The translations under genes were made by a program, and so were the position numbers. From the IMG/VR virus record IMGVR_UViG_2537562020_000008: a stretch of DNA of 22,406 nt. The stretch is one strand, 5' to 3'. Shown here piece after piece: positions 7,073 to 15,275 of the stretch. The notes under the pieces are model-generated. The model made no database searches, was not told where the DNA came from, and saw nothing but the letters and a program-made list of their open reading frames with translations. The stretch comes from a virus. Lineage: Duplodnaviria > Heunggongvirae > Uroviricota > Caudoviricetes. Numbering within the stretch: the first letter of the stretch is position 1; each line of letters starts with the position of its first letter.

Positions 7073-7447
7073 ATGGCTAGCGAACGCAGTACTGATGTAC
7101 AGGCATTTATCGGGGAGCTGGACGGCGGCGTATTTGAAACCAAAATCGGCGCAGTTCTCAGTGAAGTCGCTTCCGGTGTGATGAACAGGAGGGACAGCTG
7201 ATAGAAACAGAAGCCACTGGAGCACCTCAAAAACACCATCATACACTAAATCAGTAAGTTGGCAGCATCACCCAAACTCTCATATGTTCGCCCGACTAAC
7301 CGCGGGAAAATTTCCGAAGAAGACACCACCGAAACGCCGATGTATGTCAATCGCGGTGGTCGCCTGACTATTCTGCAGGAAGACCAGGGACAATTACTGA
7401 CTCTTGCCGGTGAACCTGACGGAAAACTCCGCGCAGCAGGTCATTAA
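7073..7447 (+). pseudogene. Prophage gene split by a ~90-bp IS1-end remnant (5' part 7073..7182, 3' part 7273..7447)
   Basis: RBS gaggagcagcaaaATG at 7073; 5' fragment MASERSTDVQAFIGELDGGVFETKIGAVLSEVASGV stops inside the IS1-derived segment; 3' fragment KLSYVRPTNRGKISEED...GKLRAAGH resumes in the same frame after it. Confidence 0.4.
7183..7272 (-). mobile_element. IS1 left-end remnant (IRL plus ~65 bp; the rest of IS1 absent)
   Basis: Reverse complement reads GGTGATGCTGCCAACTTACTGATTTAGTGTATGATGGTGTTTTTGAGGTGCTCCAGTGGCTTCTGTTTCTATCAGCTGTCCCTCCTGTTCA, matching the IS1 terminus and start of insA as I recall it; similarity ends near 7183. Confidence 0.8.
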
Positions 7448-7512
7448 TATCGTTCTTAATTAACTGATTATTTATCTCATCACTGAATATCTTTATATAG
7501 TGAGGACTTATT

Positions 7513-8337
7513 ATGTCTCAGAACTTAGACGCAACCGCAATTAATCAAATCCATGCCCTTATTTCTGCTCAGGGTGTTAATGAAATTATCAGTAAGATTG
7601 GTGCCGATGCTGTGGCATTGCCTGAGAATTTCCGCATTCATGATCTGGAAAAATTTAATTTAAATCGCTTCCGTTTCCGTGGTGCGCTTTCCACTGCCAG
7701 CATCGATGACTTTACCCGTTATTCTAAAGATCTTGCAGATGAAGGCACCCGCTGCTTTATCGATGCTGATAATATGCGAGCCGTCAGTGTGCTTAACCTG
7801 GGTACTATTGATGAACCAGGTCACGCAGATAACACCGCCACTCTCAAACTGAAAAAGACAGCACCGTTCTCTGCCCTGTTGTCTGTTAACGGCGAGCGTA
7901 ACTCCCAGAAGTCACTGGCAGAATGGATTGAAGACTGGGCCGACTACCTTGTGGGCTTTGATGCTAATGGTGACGCCATTCAGGCAACAAAAGCGGCTGC
8001 GGCGGTCCGTAAAATCACGATTGAAGCAAACCAGACCGCTGATTTTGAAGACAATGACTTCAGCGGCAAACGCTCTCTGATGGAGTCTGTCGAAGCGAAG
8101 ACCAAAGACATTATGCCAGTGGCATTTGAATTTAAATGCATTCCGTTTGAAGGTCTGAAAGAACGTCCGTTTAAATTACGCCTCAGCATTATCACTGGCG
8201 ATCGTCCGGTACTGGTTCTGCGCATTATTCAGCTGGAGGCGGTGCAGGAAGAAATGGCTAACGAATTTCGTGATCTGCTTGTTGAGAAATTCAAGGACAG
8301 CAAAGTAGAAACCTTTATTGGTACTTTCACCGCCTGA
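7513..8337 (+). CDS. yfdQ: YfdQ-like prophage protein (DUF2303 family)
   Basis: 274 aa, the length of the CPS-53 prophage protein YfdQ, and followed by YfdR/S/T-like genes in the same order. Confidence 0.7.
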   Translation: MSQNLDATAINQIHALISAQGVNEIISKIGADAVALPENFRIHDLEKFNLNRFRFRGALSTASIDDFTRYSKDLADEGTRCFIDADNMRAVSVLNLGTIDEPGHADNTATLKLKKTAPFSALLSVNGERNSQKSLAEWIEDWADYLVGFDANGDAIQATKAAAAVRKITIEANQTADFEDNDFSGKRSLMESVEAKTKDIMPVAFEFKCIPFEGLKERPFKLRLSIITGDRPVLVLRIIQLEAVQEEMANEFRDLLVEKFKDSKVETFIGTFTA

Positions 8338-8465
8338 TTTCATTACTGCAAATGCCCCTGCGGGGGCATTTATGGAAACGTAATTAACTCAATAATCGCC
8401 TGATGGCGAGGGTTTTCTTTAACCAAAATTCAGCGCGGTGCAGCGCATATAAAGTGGAGAACAAA

Positions 8466-9002
8466 ATGTCATTTATTAAAACTTTTTCCGGGAAGCATTT
8501 TTATTATGACAAGATAAATAAAGACGACATCGTTATTAACGATATCGCGTTTTCCCTTTCAAATATCTGTCGCTTTGCCGGTCATCTTTCGCACTTCTAC
8601 AGCGTCGCCCAACATGCGGTTCTTTGCAGCCAGCTGGTGCCGCAGGAATTTGCTTTTGAAGCGTTAATGCATGATGCAACAGAAGCGTATTGCCAGGACA
8701 TTCCCGCACCACTGAAACGCCTTCTTCCTGACTATAAACGGATGGAAGAAAAAATAGACGCCGTAATCCGTGAGAAATACGGGTTACCTCCTGTTATGAG
8801 CACGCCAGTGAAATATGCCGATCTCATCATGCTGGCAACCGAACGCCGCGATCTCGGGCTTGATGATGGCTCTTTCTGGCCTGTACTGGAAGGTATCCCG
8901 GCAACAGAGATGTTCAACGTGATTCCACTGGCACCGGGCCATGCCTACGGGATGTTTATGGAACGCTTTAACGAGTTATCGGAGTTACGCAAATGCGCAT
9001 GA
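8466..9002 (+). CDS. yfdR: YfdR-like HD-domain protein (5'-deoxynucleotidase family)
   Basis: 178 aa from the ATG at 8466 (RBS GGAGAA); HD-like motif region (FAGHLSHFYSVAQHA ... ALMHDATEAY). The ORF track extends upstream to 8403. Confidence 0.7.
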   Translation: MSFIKTFSGKHFYYDKINKDDIVINDIAFSLSNICRFAGHLSHFYSVAQHAVLCSQLVPQEFAFEALMHDATEAYCQDIPAPLKRLLPDYKRMEEKIDAVIREKYGLPPVMSTPVKYADLIMLATERRDLGLDDGSFWPVLEGIPATEMFNVIPLAPGHAYGMFMERFNELSELRKCA

Positions 9003-9355
9003 ATGTTTTCGAAATGGAAGGGTTTCTTCGTGGGAGATGTGTACCGCGAGATCTGAAAGTAAATGAAACAGATGCTGAATACCTGGTGCGTAAATTCGAT
9101 GCGCTTGAAGCTAAATGTGCAGCACAGGAAAACAAAGTAATACCAGTGTCAACTGAACTGCCACCAGCAAATGAAAGTGTTTTGTTATTCGATGCTAACG
9201 GAGAAGGCTGGCTAATTGGCTGGCGTTCTCTCTGGTACACCTGGGGACAAAAAGAAACCGGAGAATGGCAGTGGACATTTCAGGTCGGGGACCTTGAAAA
9301 CGTCAATATCACTCACTGGGCAGTAATGCCAAAAGCACCGGAGGCTGGAGCATAA
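8993..9355 (+). CDS. yfdS: YfdS-like prophage protein
   Basis: 120 aa; overlaps the yfdR stop; Trp-rich C-terminus (WLIGWRSLWYTWGQKETGEWQW). Confidence 0.65.
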   Translation: MRMNVFEMEGFLRGRCVPRDLKVNETDAEYLVRKFDALEAKCAAQENKVIPVSTELPPANESVLLFDANGEGWLIGWRSLWYTWGQKETGEWQWTFQVGDLENVNITHWAVMPKAPEAGA

Positions 9356-9660
9356 TGACCACTTTTACCGACAAAGAACTGATTAAAGAAATTAAAGAGC
9401 GTATCAGCAGCCTTGACGTGCGAGACGATATTGAGCGCCGTGCTTATGAAATCGCACTCCTATCTCTGGAAGTAGAACCAGATGAACGCGAAGCTTATGA
9501 ATTATTCATGGAAAAGCGTTTCGGTGACTTAGTAGATCGTCGGAGAGCAAAAAACGGCGATAACGAATACATGGAATGGGATATGACTCTCGGTTGGATC
9601 GTCTGGCAGCAACGAGCTGGTATCCATTTTTCAACAATGTCACAGCAAGAGGTGAAATAA
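9355..9660 (+). CDS. yfdT: YfdT-like prophage protein
   Basis: 101 aa; start coupled to the yfdS stop. Confidence 0.65.
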   Translation: MTTFTDKELIKEIKERISSLDVRDDIERRAYEIALLSLEVEPDEREAYELFMEKRFGDLVDRRRAKNGDNEYMEWDMTLGWIVWQQRAGIHFSTMSQQEVK

Positions 9661-10010
9661 TGGAGCCATACAGCCTCACACTCGATGAGGCCTGTCATTT
9701 TCTCAAGATATCCAGACCGACTGCCATTAACTGGATACGCACAGGGCGTCTTCAGGCAACACGCAAAGATCCCACTAAGAATAAATCTCCTTACCTCACA
9801 ACACGACAAGCCTGCATTGCGGCTCTTCAGTCTCCGCTGCATACTGTCCAGGTGAGCGCGGGTGATGGCATAACAGAGGAAAGAAAATGTCACTCTTCCG
9901 CAGAGGTGAAATATGGTACGCCAGTTTCACATTGCCGAACGGTAAAAGATTTAAACAGTCTCTTGGAACAAAGGACAAAAGGCAGGCGACAGAACTCCAT
10001 GACAAGCTAA
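9660..10010 (+). CDS. xis: Excisionase (P22 Xis-like HTH)
   Basis: [40 protein letters not shown]... matches the P22-type Xis pattern; start shares a nucleotide with the yfdT stop (TAATG); 3' end overlaps the int start. Confidence 0.75.
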   Translation: MEPYSLTLDEACHFLKISRPTAINWIRTGRLQATRKDPTKNKSPYLTTRQACIAALQSPLHTVQVSAGDGITEERKCHSSAEVKYGTPVSHCRTVKDLNSLLEQRTKGRRQNSMTS

Positions 10011-11050
10011 AGGCTGAAGCATGGCGGGTCAGCAAACTTGGTGAAATACCTGATATAACGTTCGAGGAAGCGTGTGTCAGGTGGCTTGAAGAGAAAGCAC
10101 ATAAAAAATCACTGGACGATGACAAAAGCCGGATCGGATTCTGGCTTCAACATTTCGCAGGAATGCAACTAAGAGACATTACTGAATCAAAAATTTATTC
10201 AGCAATGCAGAAAATGACGAACCGGCGTCATGAGGAAAACTGGAAACTCAGGGCAGAAGCATGCAGAAAAAAAGGGAAACCTGTTCCAGAATACACGCCA
10301 AAACCAGCGTCCGTTGCAACGAAGGCTACGCATCTTTCATTTATAAAGGCCCTACTAAGAGCCGCAGAGCGTGAATGGAAAATGCTGGATAAGGCACCAA
10401 TTATTAAAGTGCCTCAACCAAAGAATAAACGGATCCGCTGGCTGGAGCCCCATGAAGCACAAAGGCTGATTGATGAATGTCCGGAGCCATTAAAGTCTGT
10501 TGTTGAATTTGCACTGGCAACAGGCTTAAGACGCTCGAACATCATCAACCTTGAATGGCAACAAATAGATATGCAGCGCCGGGTGGCATGGATAAACCCG
10601 GAAGAGAGTAAATCAAACCGCGCAATCGGCGTTGCGCTGAATGATACTGCATGTCGCGTTTTGAAAAAACAAATCGGGAATCATCACCGTTGGGTATTTG
10701 TGTACAAGGAAAGCTGTACCAAACCAGACGGAACGAAAGCGCCAACAGTAAGGAAGATGCGGTATGACGCAAACACAGCCTGGAAAGCAGCGCTGAGACG
10801 GGCTGGTATTGATGATTTCAGATTTCACGACTTGAGACACACCTGGGCAAGTTGGCTGGTTCAAGCCGGAGTCCCGTTGTCAGTGTTACAGGAAATGGGA
10901 GGCTGGGAGTCTATCGAAATGGTTCGTCGATATGCTCACCTTGCACCTAATCACCTTACCGAACACGCACGGCAAATAGACTCGATCCTGAACCCATCGG
11001 TCCCAAATTCGTCCCAGTCAAAAAATAAGGAAGGTACTAATGATGTGTAA
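9887..11050 (+). CDS. int: Tyrosine integrase, P22-type
   Basis: 387 aa; [47 protein letters not shown]... and C-terminal [41 protein letters not shown] (catalytic R..HxxR..Y); abuts a tRNA-Thr 3' fragment. Confidence 0.9.
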   Translation: MSLFRRGEIWYASFTLPNGKRFKQSLGTKDKRQATELHDKLKAEAWRVSKLGEIPDITFEEACVRWLEEKAHKKSLDDDKSRIGFWLQHFAGMQLRDITESKIYSAMQKMTNRRHEENWKLRAEACRKKGKPVPEYTPKPASVATKATHLSFIKALLRAAEREWKMLDKAPIIKVPQPKNKRIRWLEPHEAQRLIDECPEPLKSVVEFALATGLRRSNIINLEWQQIDMQRRVAWINPEESKSNRAIGVALNDTACRVLKKQIGNHHRWVFVYKESCTKPDGTKAPTVRKMRYDANTAWKAALRRAGIDDFRFHDLRHTWASWLVQAGVPLSVLQEMGGWESIEMVRRYAHLAPNHLTEHARQIDSILNPSVPNSSQSKNKEGTNDV

Positions 11051-11064
11051 CTTATTGATTTAAA

Positions 11065-11113
11065 TGGTGCCGATAATAGGAGTCGAACCTACGACCTTCG
11101 CATTACGAATGCG
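11065..11113 (-). other. att core: 3' 49 nt of a tRNA-Thr (thrW-type, anticodon CGT) gene; the 5' half of the tRNA is not present here
   Basis: Reverse complement CGCATTCGTAATGCGAAGGTCGTAGGTTCGACTCCTATTATCGGCACCA equals the anticodon-loop-to-CCA segment of tRNA-Thr(CGT) as recalled; the sequence 5' of it is not tRNA-like. Confidence 0.8.
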
Positions 11114-11201
11114 TAAATTGATCTTGTAAAATCAATACCTATCGAATTTAAATGGATTTTTTGCCACAATATTGCCACAGTTCGTTAGGAATCAGACAGA
11201 A

Positions 11202-12275
11202 ATGGCGACTATACGCAAACGTGGTAACTACCAATGGGAAGCTCAAATCCGTAAACGTGGTTTTCCCTCTCAAACCAAAACCTTTAACACCAAAGTAGAA
11301 GCAGAAGCTTGGGCCAAAATGATCGAGTCAGAAATGGCGAGAGGAGTTTGGCTTAGCCGCAGCGAAGCGGAATCTACGACATTGTATGAAGCCCTAACGC
11401 GATATGAAAAAGAGATTGTTCCCGACAAAAAAGGGGCAGTGCAAGACCGATCATTGGTGCGGATACTAAAAGGCACTCAGCTGGCGAAAAACTATATGGC
11501 CAGCATCAGGAGTGCCGATGTCGCCAAGCTGAGAGATGAATGGTTGAAAATCTATGCTCCTGCAACCGTTTTAAGGCGTTTGGCCTTACTTTCTCATGTA
11601 TTCAATGTTTCGCGGAAAGAATGGGGCATGGAGAGCCTGCTGAACCCCGTAGAGGCCATTCGTAAACCCCAACCCAAGAACTCCAGGACCAGACGCCTAG
11701 AAGCGCTGCCTGTAGTTTCTGAGAAAACCGGTGTTACGTCAGGAAAGCAAATAGCCAACGAGATCGAACATATCATCGCCGCAACACATTCATTAGTATT
11801 GCCAGCAATCATTCTTCTGGCGTTAGAGACAGCCATGCGCCGTAGCGAAATCGCAGAGCTTCGATGGCGCTTTATCGATCTTGATCGGCGAGTTGCACAT
11901 CTGCCGGATACTAAGAATGGTAATGCCCGCGATGTCCCTTTATCAACGAAAGCCATTACGATACTGTCCAGTCTCAAGGAACATTCTAAGCCAGCTGCTG
12001 ATAAGGTTTTTGATATGCGTGCAGACGCGATTACCCGAGCTTTTGACCGAGCTGTAAAACGAGCCAGAGAACGATACGAGAAAACAAACTCATTATGTGA
12101 TGAATCTTTCCTTAAAGATTTAAGATTTCATGACCTTCGACATGAAGCAACTTCTCGACTTGCTGAAATTTTCCCTATGCATGAACTAACCAAAATTACA
12201 GGACATAAAGATCCAAGAATGCTAATGCGGTATTATCATCCAAAAGCTGAAGATTTGGCGTTAAAGTTGAAATAA
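11202..12275 (+). CDS. Second tyrosine recombinase/integrase (island integrase; a longer ORF begins at 11172)
   Basis: RBS AGGAA before the ATG at 11202; C-terminal LRFHDLRHEATSRL ... LMRYYH catalytic signature. Confidence 0.8.
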   Translation: MATIRKRGNYQWEAQIRKRGFPSQTKTFNTKVEAEAWAKMIESEMARGVWLSRSEAESTTLYEALTRYEKEIVPDKKGAVQDRSLVRILKGTQLAKNYMASIRSADVAKLRDEWLKIYAPATVLRRLALLSHVFNVSRKEWGMESLLNPVEAIRKPQPKNSRTRRLEALPVVSEKTGVTSGKQIANEIEHIIAATHSLVLPAIILLALETAMRRSEIAELRWRFIDLDRRVAHLPDTKNGNARDVPLSTKAITILSSLKEHSKPAADKVFDMRADAITRAFDRAVKRARERYEKTNSLCDESFLKDLRFHDLRHEATSRLAEIFPMHELTKITGHKDPRMLMRYYHPKAEDLALKLK

Positions 12276-12284
12276 GGACGTTGT

Positions 12285-13061
12285 ATGGATTATAAAAATA
12301 AGTTAGTTGATGCATCACCAAAATTAAACAACCCTCAACTATTGGCTATAATATACTTAATACCTTTTGGATACTTGATTGTAGAAAACCCATTATGGCT
12401 AGAAAATATATACATTGCCGCTCCAATTTTCCTATCATCTATAGCTTTATTAACCAGTGTATACATAGGATATCGTGATTTATTAAATAAAGTATTTAAT
12501 AATGCAGTAGTTAAATGGGGCGTAACTGGCTTTACATATTCCGTATGCTTATGGATCGCAAAGTTTAAGCTTGACATAGCTTATGGTATAGTCCCAGAAA
12601 ACCTTAATTACTCGACATTAGCTTATGCTTTCATGCTCTCATTTCCAATAGGGGCAATGATTTGTGCAATTACAGTCTATATATACATATTTTTGCGAGA
12701 TGTATCCCCAGCAAAAATAGTAATATCCTCTATGATTTCAGTATATATTGGAAGCTTGGCTCAACATCATATACAGATGAACAATCTTCCTGAAAAAATA
12801 ATATTAATAGGACTTATAATTATGGTCCCCTATAACATGGTCAATTTAGCTAGTTCATTAGTTATTAAAAGGAAATTTAATTTTAATCGTTTAGTATCAG
12901 GCTTATCCCTTTTTGCTGTGTCAGTTGCTCTTTTTATTATTAGCATGACAGCAATGAAATACATTGAAAGATTTCAAGAAAAGTTTATTTTTCTCGATGC
13001 AAGAACATCTACGACATGTGGTAGCTCAGAAAGCAAATCTCTTTATATTGAAAAAAAATGA
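12285..13061 (+). CDS. Polytopic inner-membrane protein, unknown function
   Basis: 258 aa with several long hydrophobic segments; starts 10 nt after the integrase stop with an AAGGA RBS; AT-rich codon usage. Confidence 0.6.
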   Translation: MDYKNKLVDASPKLNNPQLLAIIYLIPFGYLIVENPLWLENIYIAAPIFLSSIALLTSVYIGYRDLLNKVFNNAVVKWGVTGFTYSVCLWIAKFKLDIAYGIVPENLNYSTLAYAFMLSFPIGAMICAITVYIYIFLRDVSPAKIVISSMISVYIGSLAQHHIQMNNLPEKIILIGLIIMVPYNMVNLASSLVIKRKFNFNRLVSGLSLFAVSVALFIISMTAMKYIERFQEKFIFLDARTSTTCGSSESKSLYIEKK

Positions 13062-13162
13062 AAATCAGTGTTATAAAATATCAGGAAATAAATTCTCGGA
13101 GTTAAGACTAACTCTTGTAGATAAAAACATCTTGAATATAAATAATAAAGGCACTTCAACTT

Positions 13163-13390
13163 ATGAACAAAAATAACCCTGCTAATTCATTTTCTATAGA
13201 AGCAAGGAAAGAAGCTTTTCGGAGAGCTGAAGCCAGTCTTTTTTTATCAAGTAAAGATCCCAAAGGCTCCTCATTTTTTAATGAAATAAAAACTAAGGTA
13301 ATCAATGGAGAGCTAACCTATGAAGAGGCAAAGAGAGAAGTATTAAATTATCACATTGAACAATCTAAAAATCAAAATAAAAGAGGCTAA
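13163..13390 (+). CDS. Small VbhA-like (Fic-antitoxin fold) protein - tentative; canonical inhibitory Glu motif not evident
   Basis: 75 aa; RRAEASLFLSS ... VINGELTYEEAKREVLNYH parallels VbhA (ARNALASQRLEG ... VVVGELETSDVIKDLMERI) by eye. Confidence 0.4.
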   Translation: MNKNNPANSFSIEARKEAFRRAEASLFLSSKDPKGSSFFNEIKTKVINGELTYEEAKREVLNYHIEQSKNQNKRG

Positions 13391-13406
13391 CATTTAGTTA
13401 GCCTCT
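13382..13406 (-). terminator. Hairpin terminator for the minus-strand 70-aa gene, overlapping the 3' end of the plus-strand small gene
   Basis: AGAGGCTAAC-attta-GTTAGCCTCT perfect 10-bp stem; a U-rich tract follows on the minus-strand transcript. Confidence 0.5.
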
Positions 13407-13411
13407 TCTCA

Positions 13412-13624
13412 CTAGTGAGCTATTTTATAGTCCCTTAATGCATTTTTAAGTAACTCCGTTTGCTCATCAGCATCATCATAATTATAAATTCCCGTAGCAG
13501 AATAATACTCTTCGATGCATAGAATATTTATCAATGGTTCACAAATCTCTTTAATAAAATCCTTGTTGTTATCGGCAAAAATAATTTTTATTCCTTCCAA
13601 AACAAAGCTATTATAATCAGCCAT
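13412..13624 (-). CDS. Hypothetical small acidic protein (70 aa)
   Basis: Strong RBS (AGGAGGTGGATAATG); acidic composition; no family recognised. Confidence 0.55.
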   Translation of the reverse strand: MADYNSFVLEGIKIIFADNNKDFIKEICEPLINILCIEEYYSATGIYNYDDADEQTELLKNALRDYKIAH

Positions 13625-13693
13625 TATCCACCTCCTTACAGGTGTTTAGTGGAAGCGTCAGTTAACGTTACCGCGCTAACTGACGCGCCTAAA

Positions 13694-15097
13694 TCAAGAT
13701 TTTTTACTGCCAGTTAAACTATCACCCTCAAACTCATCCTGTTCGTGGTTAGTCTGACGATCGGCTGTGTGTTTACGTATTTGATTCGCTATTTCCCCAC
13801 CAACGGTCTGTTGTCTTCGGATAGTATTAGTACTTCCCTTCATCATCTGATACTCCGAAGCTCCGTTAGACAGCCCGCTCGCCATGTGAGAAGCCATGCG
13901 GCCAGCTCGTGAGAATGATGAAGCAAACCCCTGGCTTCCTCCGCTGACGCTACCTGTATTACTCCCTGCAGAAGAACCACCGGAACCGCCTGATGGTTGT
14001 CCTCCAGAAGTATCTACGGAACCGGTATCTTCCCCTCCGCCAAATCCTCCACCTGAACCACCTTTATCACCAGAACCAGATTCTTCGGCCATCGCCGCTT
14101 GTGCAGATTCAAATGCTGCTTTTAGAGCGGAAGCACCACCACTGACTTGAGCTGTAGCACTTATTGCCATTGCCCCAGCGCCACTGATTGCAGTAGTAGC
14201 AGCGCCAGTAATCATACCTGCTCCAAAACCACCGATCCCTTGTAAGGACGCTCCTCCAACAACGCCTGATAACAACAACGGTAATTTATTCGTCAATACT
14301 AAAAGAATAATTGACGCCAGAAGTAAAACAATAAGACTATTAAGATCAGGAATATCATTTTTAATAATAGAAAAATACTGATCTATAAATGATTGCCCAA
14401 TCCCAATGATTAATGTCATCGTAAATAACTGAATACCAATCGATAATACTGTGCGTAAGTAATTTATTGCTATATCAGAAGTCCATTTCGAGCCACCAAA
14501 CCCAAGCAAAATAACTCCTGCATAACACAACACCCATGCAGAAACTAACATTATTAGCATATTTATCGCGATAAGCGCCATTACTACTAATACTATTATC
14601 GCGACGGTTATCATAATGGTCGAAATCATTGGAGACCAAATTGATGCTGCTGAACTGACCTTTGTTAATATCACAAATGCCATATCCACTATGCTGGAGG
14701 GTGAAATACCAGTACTTGTTCCTAAAGCATTTGCTGCAAGTTGTCTCATTGAGTTAATTATAGATTGTGATATGGCTGGGCCGTTGATTAAAAGATAATA
14801 AAAAAAACCAATCACGGCAAAAAAACGAACTATTTCTGCAAGTGCACTGATTAAACCTTCCCCTTGCATCGCCAACATACCAAATGTCCAAACCATACTT
14901 ATTAATACCAACCCCCAGAAGAGCCAATTTGCATAATCACCAATTACTAATGACCATGTGCTGGCTACTTGCTGAAACTTATCTAATAACGTATCAAGTA
15001 ATCCGCTACTATCTAATTGACCAGCATAAGCATTTACAGAAAACAAAAAAAACATTCCTAAAAAAGTGAGCTTGCTTACTATTCTCATAATTACCAT
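13694..15097 (-). CDS. trbL: TrbL/VirB6-like type IV secretion protein (polytopic, Gly/Ser-rich C-terminal tail)
   Basis: 467 aa; multiple TM segments then a low-complexity tail (GSGGGFGGGEDTGSVDTSGGQPSGGSGGSS); directly follows trbJ and a trbK-like ORF, as in P-type Tra2 clusters. Alternative start at 15088. Confidence 0.75.
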   Translation of the reverse strand: MVIMRIVSKLTFLGMFFLFSVNAYAGQLDSSGLLDTLLDKFQQVASTWSLVIGDYANWLFWGLVLISMVWTFGMLAMQGEGLISALAEIVRFFAVIGFFYYLLINGPAISQSIINSMRQLAANALGTSTGISPSSIVDMAFVILTKVSSAASIWSPMISTIMITVAIIVLVVMALIAINMLIMLVSAWVLCYAGVILLGFGGSKWTSDIAINYLRTVLSIGIQLFTMTLIIGIGQSFIDQYFSIIKNDIPDLNSLIVLLLASIILLVLTNKLPLLLSGVVGGASLQGIGGFGAGMITGAATTAISGAGAMAISATAQVSGGASALKAAFESAQAAMAEESGSGDKGGSGGGFGGGEDTGSVDTSGGQPSGGSGGSSAGSNTGSVSGGSQGFASSFSRAGRMASHMASGLSNGASEYQMMKGSTNTIRRQQTVGGEIANQIRKHTADRQTNHEQDEFEGDSLTGSKKS

Positions 15098-15264
15098 TCT
15101 CGCTTAGGGCTAGGATTGTTATTGCCACGCAGGGCACATTTATCGTAGTTATGTTCGTTCAATTTATTCTCTGGCGTCGATAAACAATCTTCATCTTTTT
15201 TATCGCAAGAGCATAGAATTAATGAAATTATTAGAATAAAAATGACCAAAAGTTTATCTTTCAT
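15091..15264 (-). CDS. trbK: TrbK-like small lipoprotein (entry exclusion), 57 aa; below the ORF-track size cutoff
   Basis: Own translation: MKDKLLVIFILIISLILCSCDKKDEDCLSTPENKLNEHNYDKCALRGNNNPSPKREW; signal peptide with lipobox-like LCSC; lies between trbJ and trbL. Confidence 0.5.
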   Translation of the reverse strand: MKDKLLVIFILIISLILCSCDKKDEDCLSTPENKLNEHNYDKCALRGNNNPSPKREW

Positions 15265-15275
15265 TCAGCTCTCCC

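Noticed and set aside
6755-7246. ORF-track entries 6755..7201 (+), 6776..7246 (-), 6970..7242 (-) and 6748..6975 (+)
   Set aside because: They run through the GC-rich inverted-repeat block and the IS1 remnant; their translations are arginine-rich and low-complexity, typical of read-through of non-coding GC-rich DNA. Only the RBS-preceded 3' portion starting at 7073 looks coding.
9495-10125. Minus-strand ORFs 9495..9893 and 9796..10125 across yfdT, xis and int
   Set aside because: Antisense to a tightly coupled, motif-supported plus-strand operon; Cys/Ser-rich translations look spurious.
13896-15069. Plus-strand ORFs inside trbL (13896..14150, 14616..14798, 14884..15069)
   Set aside because: Antisense to TrbL; the Pro-rich one (PPEPPDGCPPE...) is simply the reverse reading of the Gly-rich tail.
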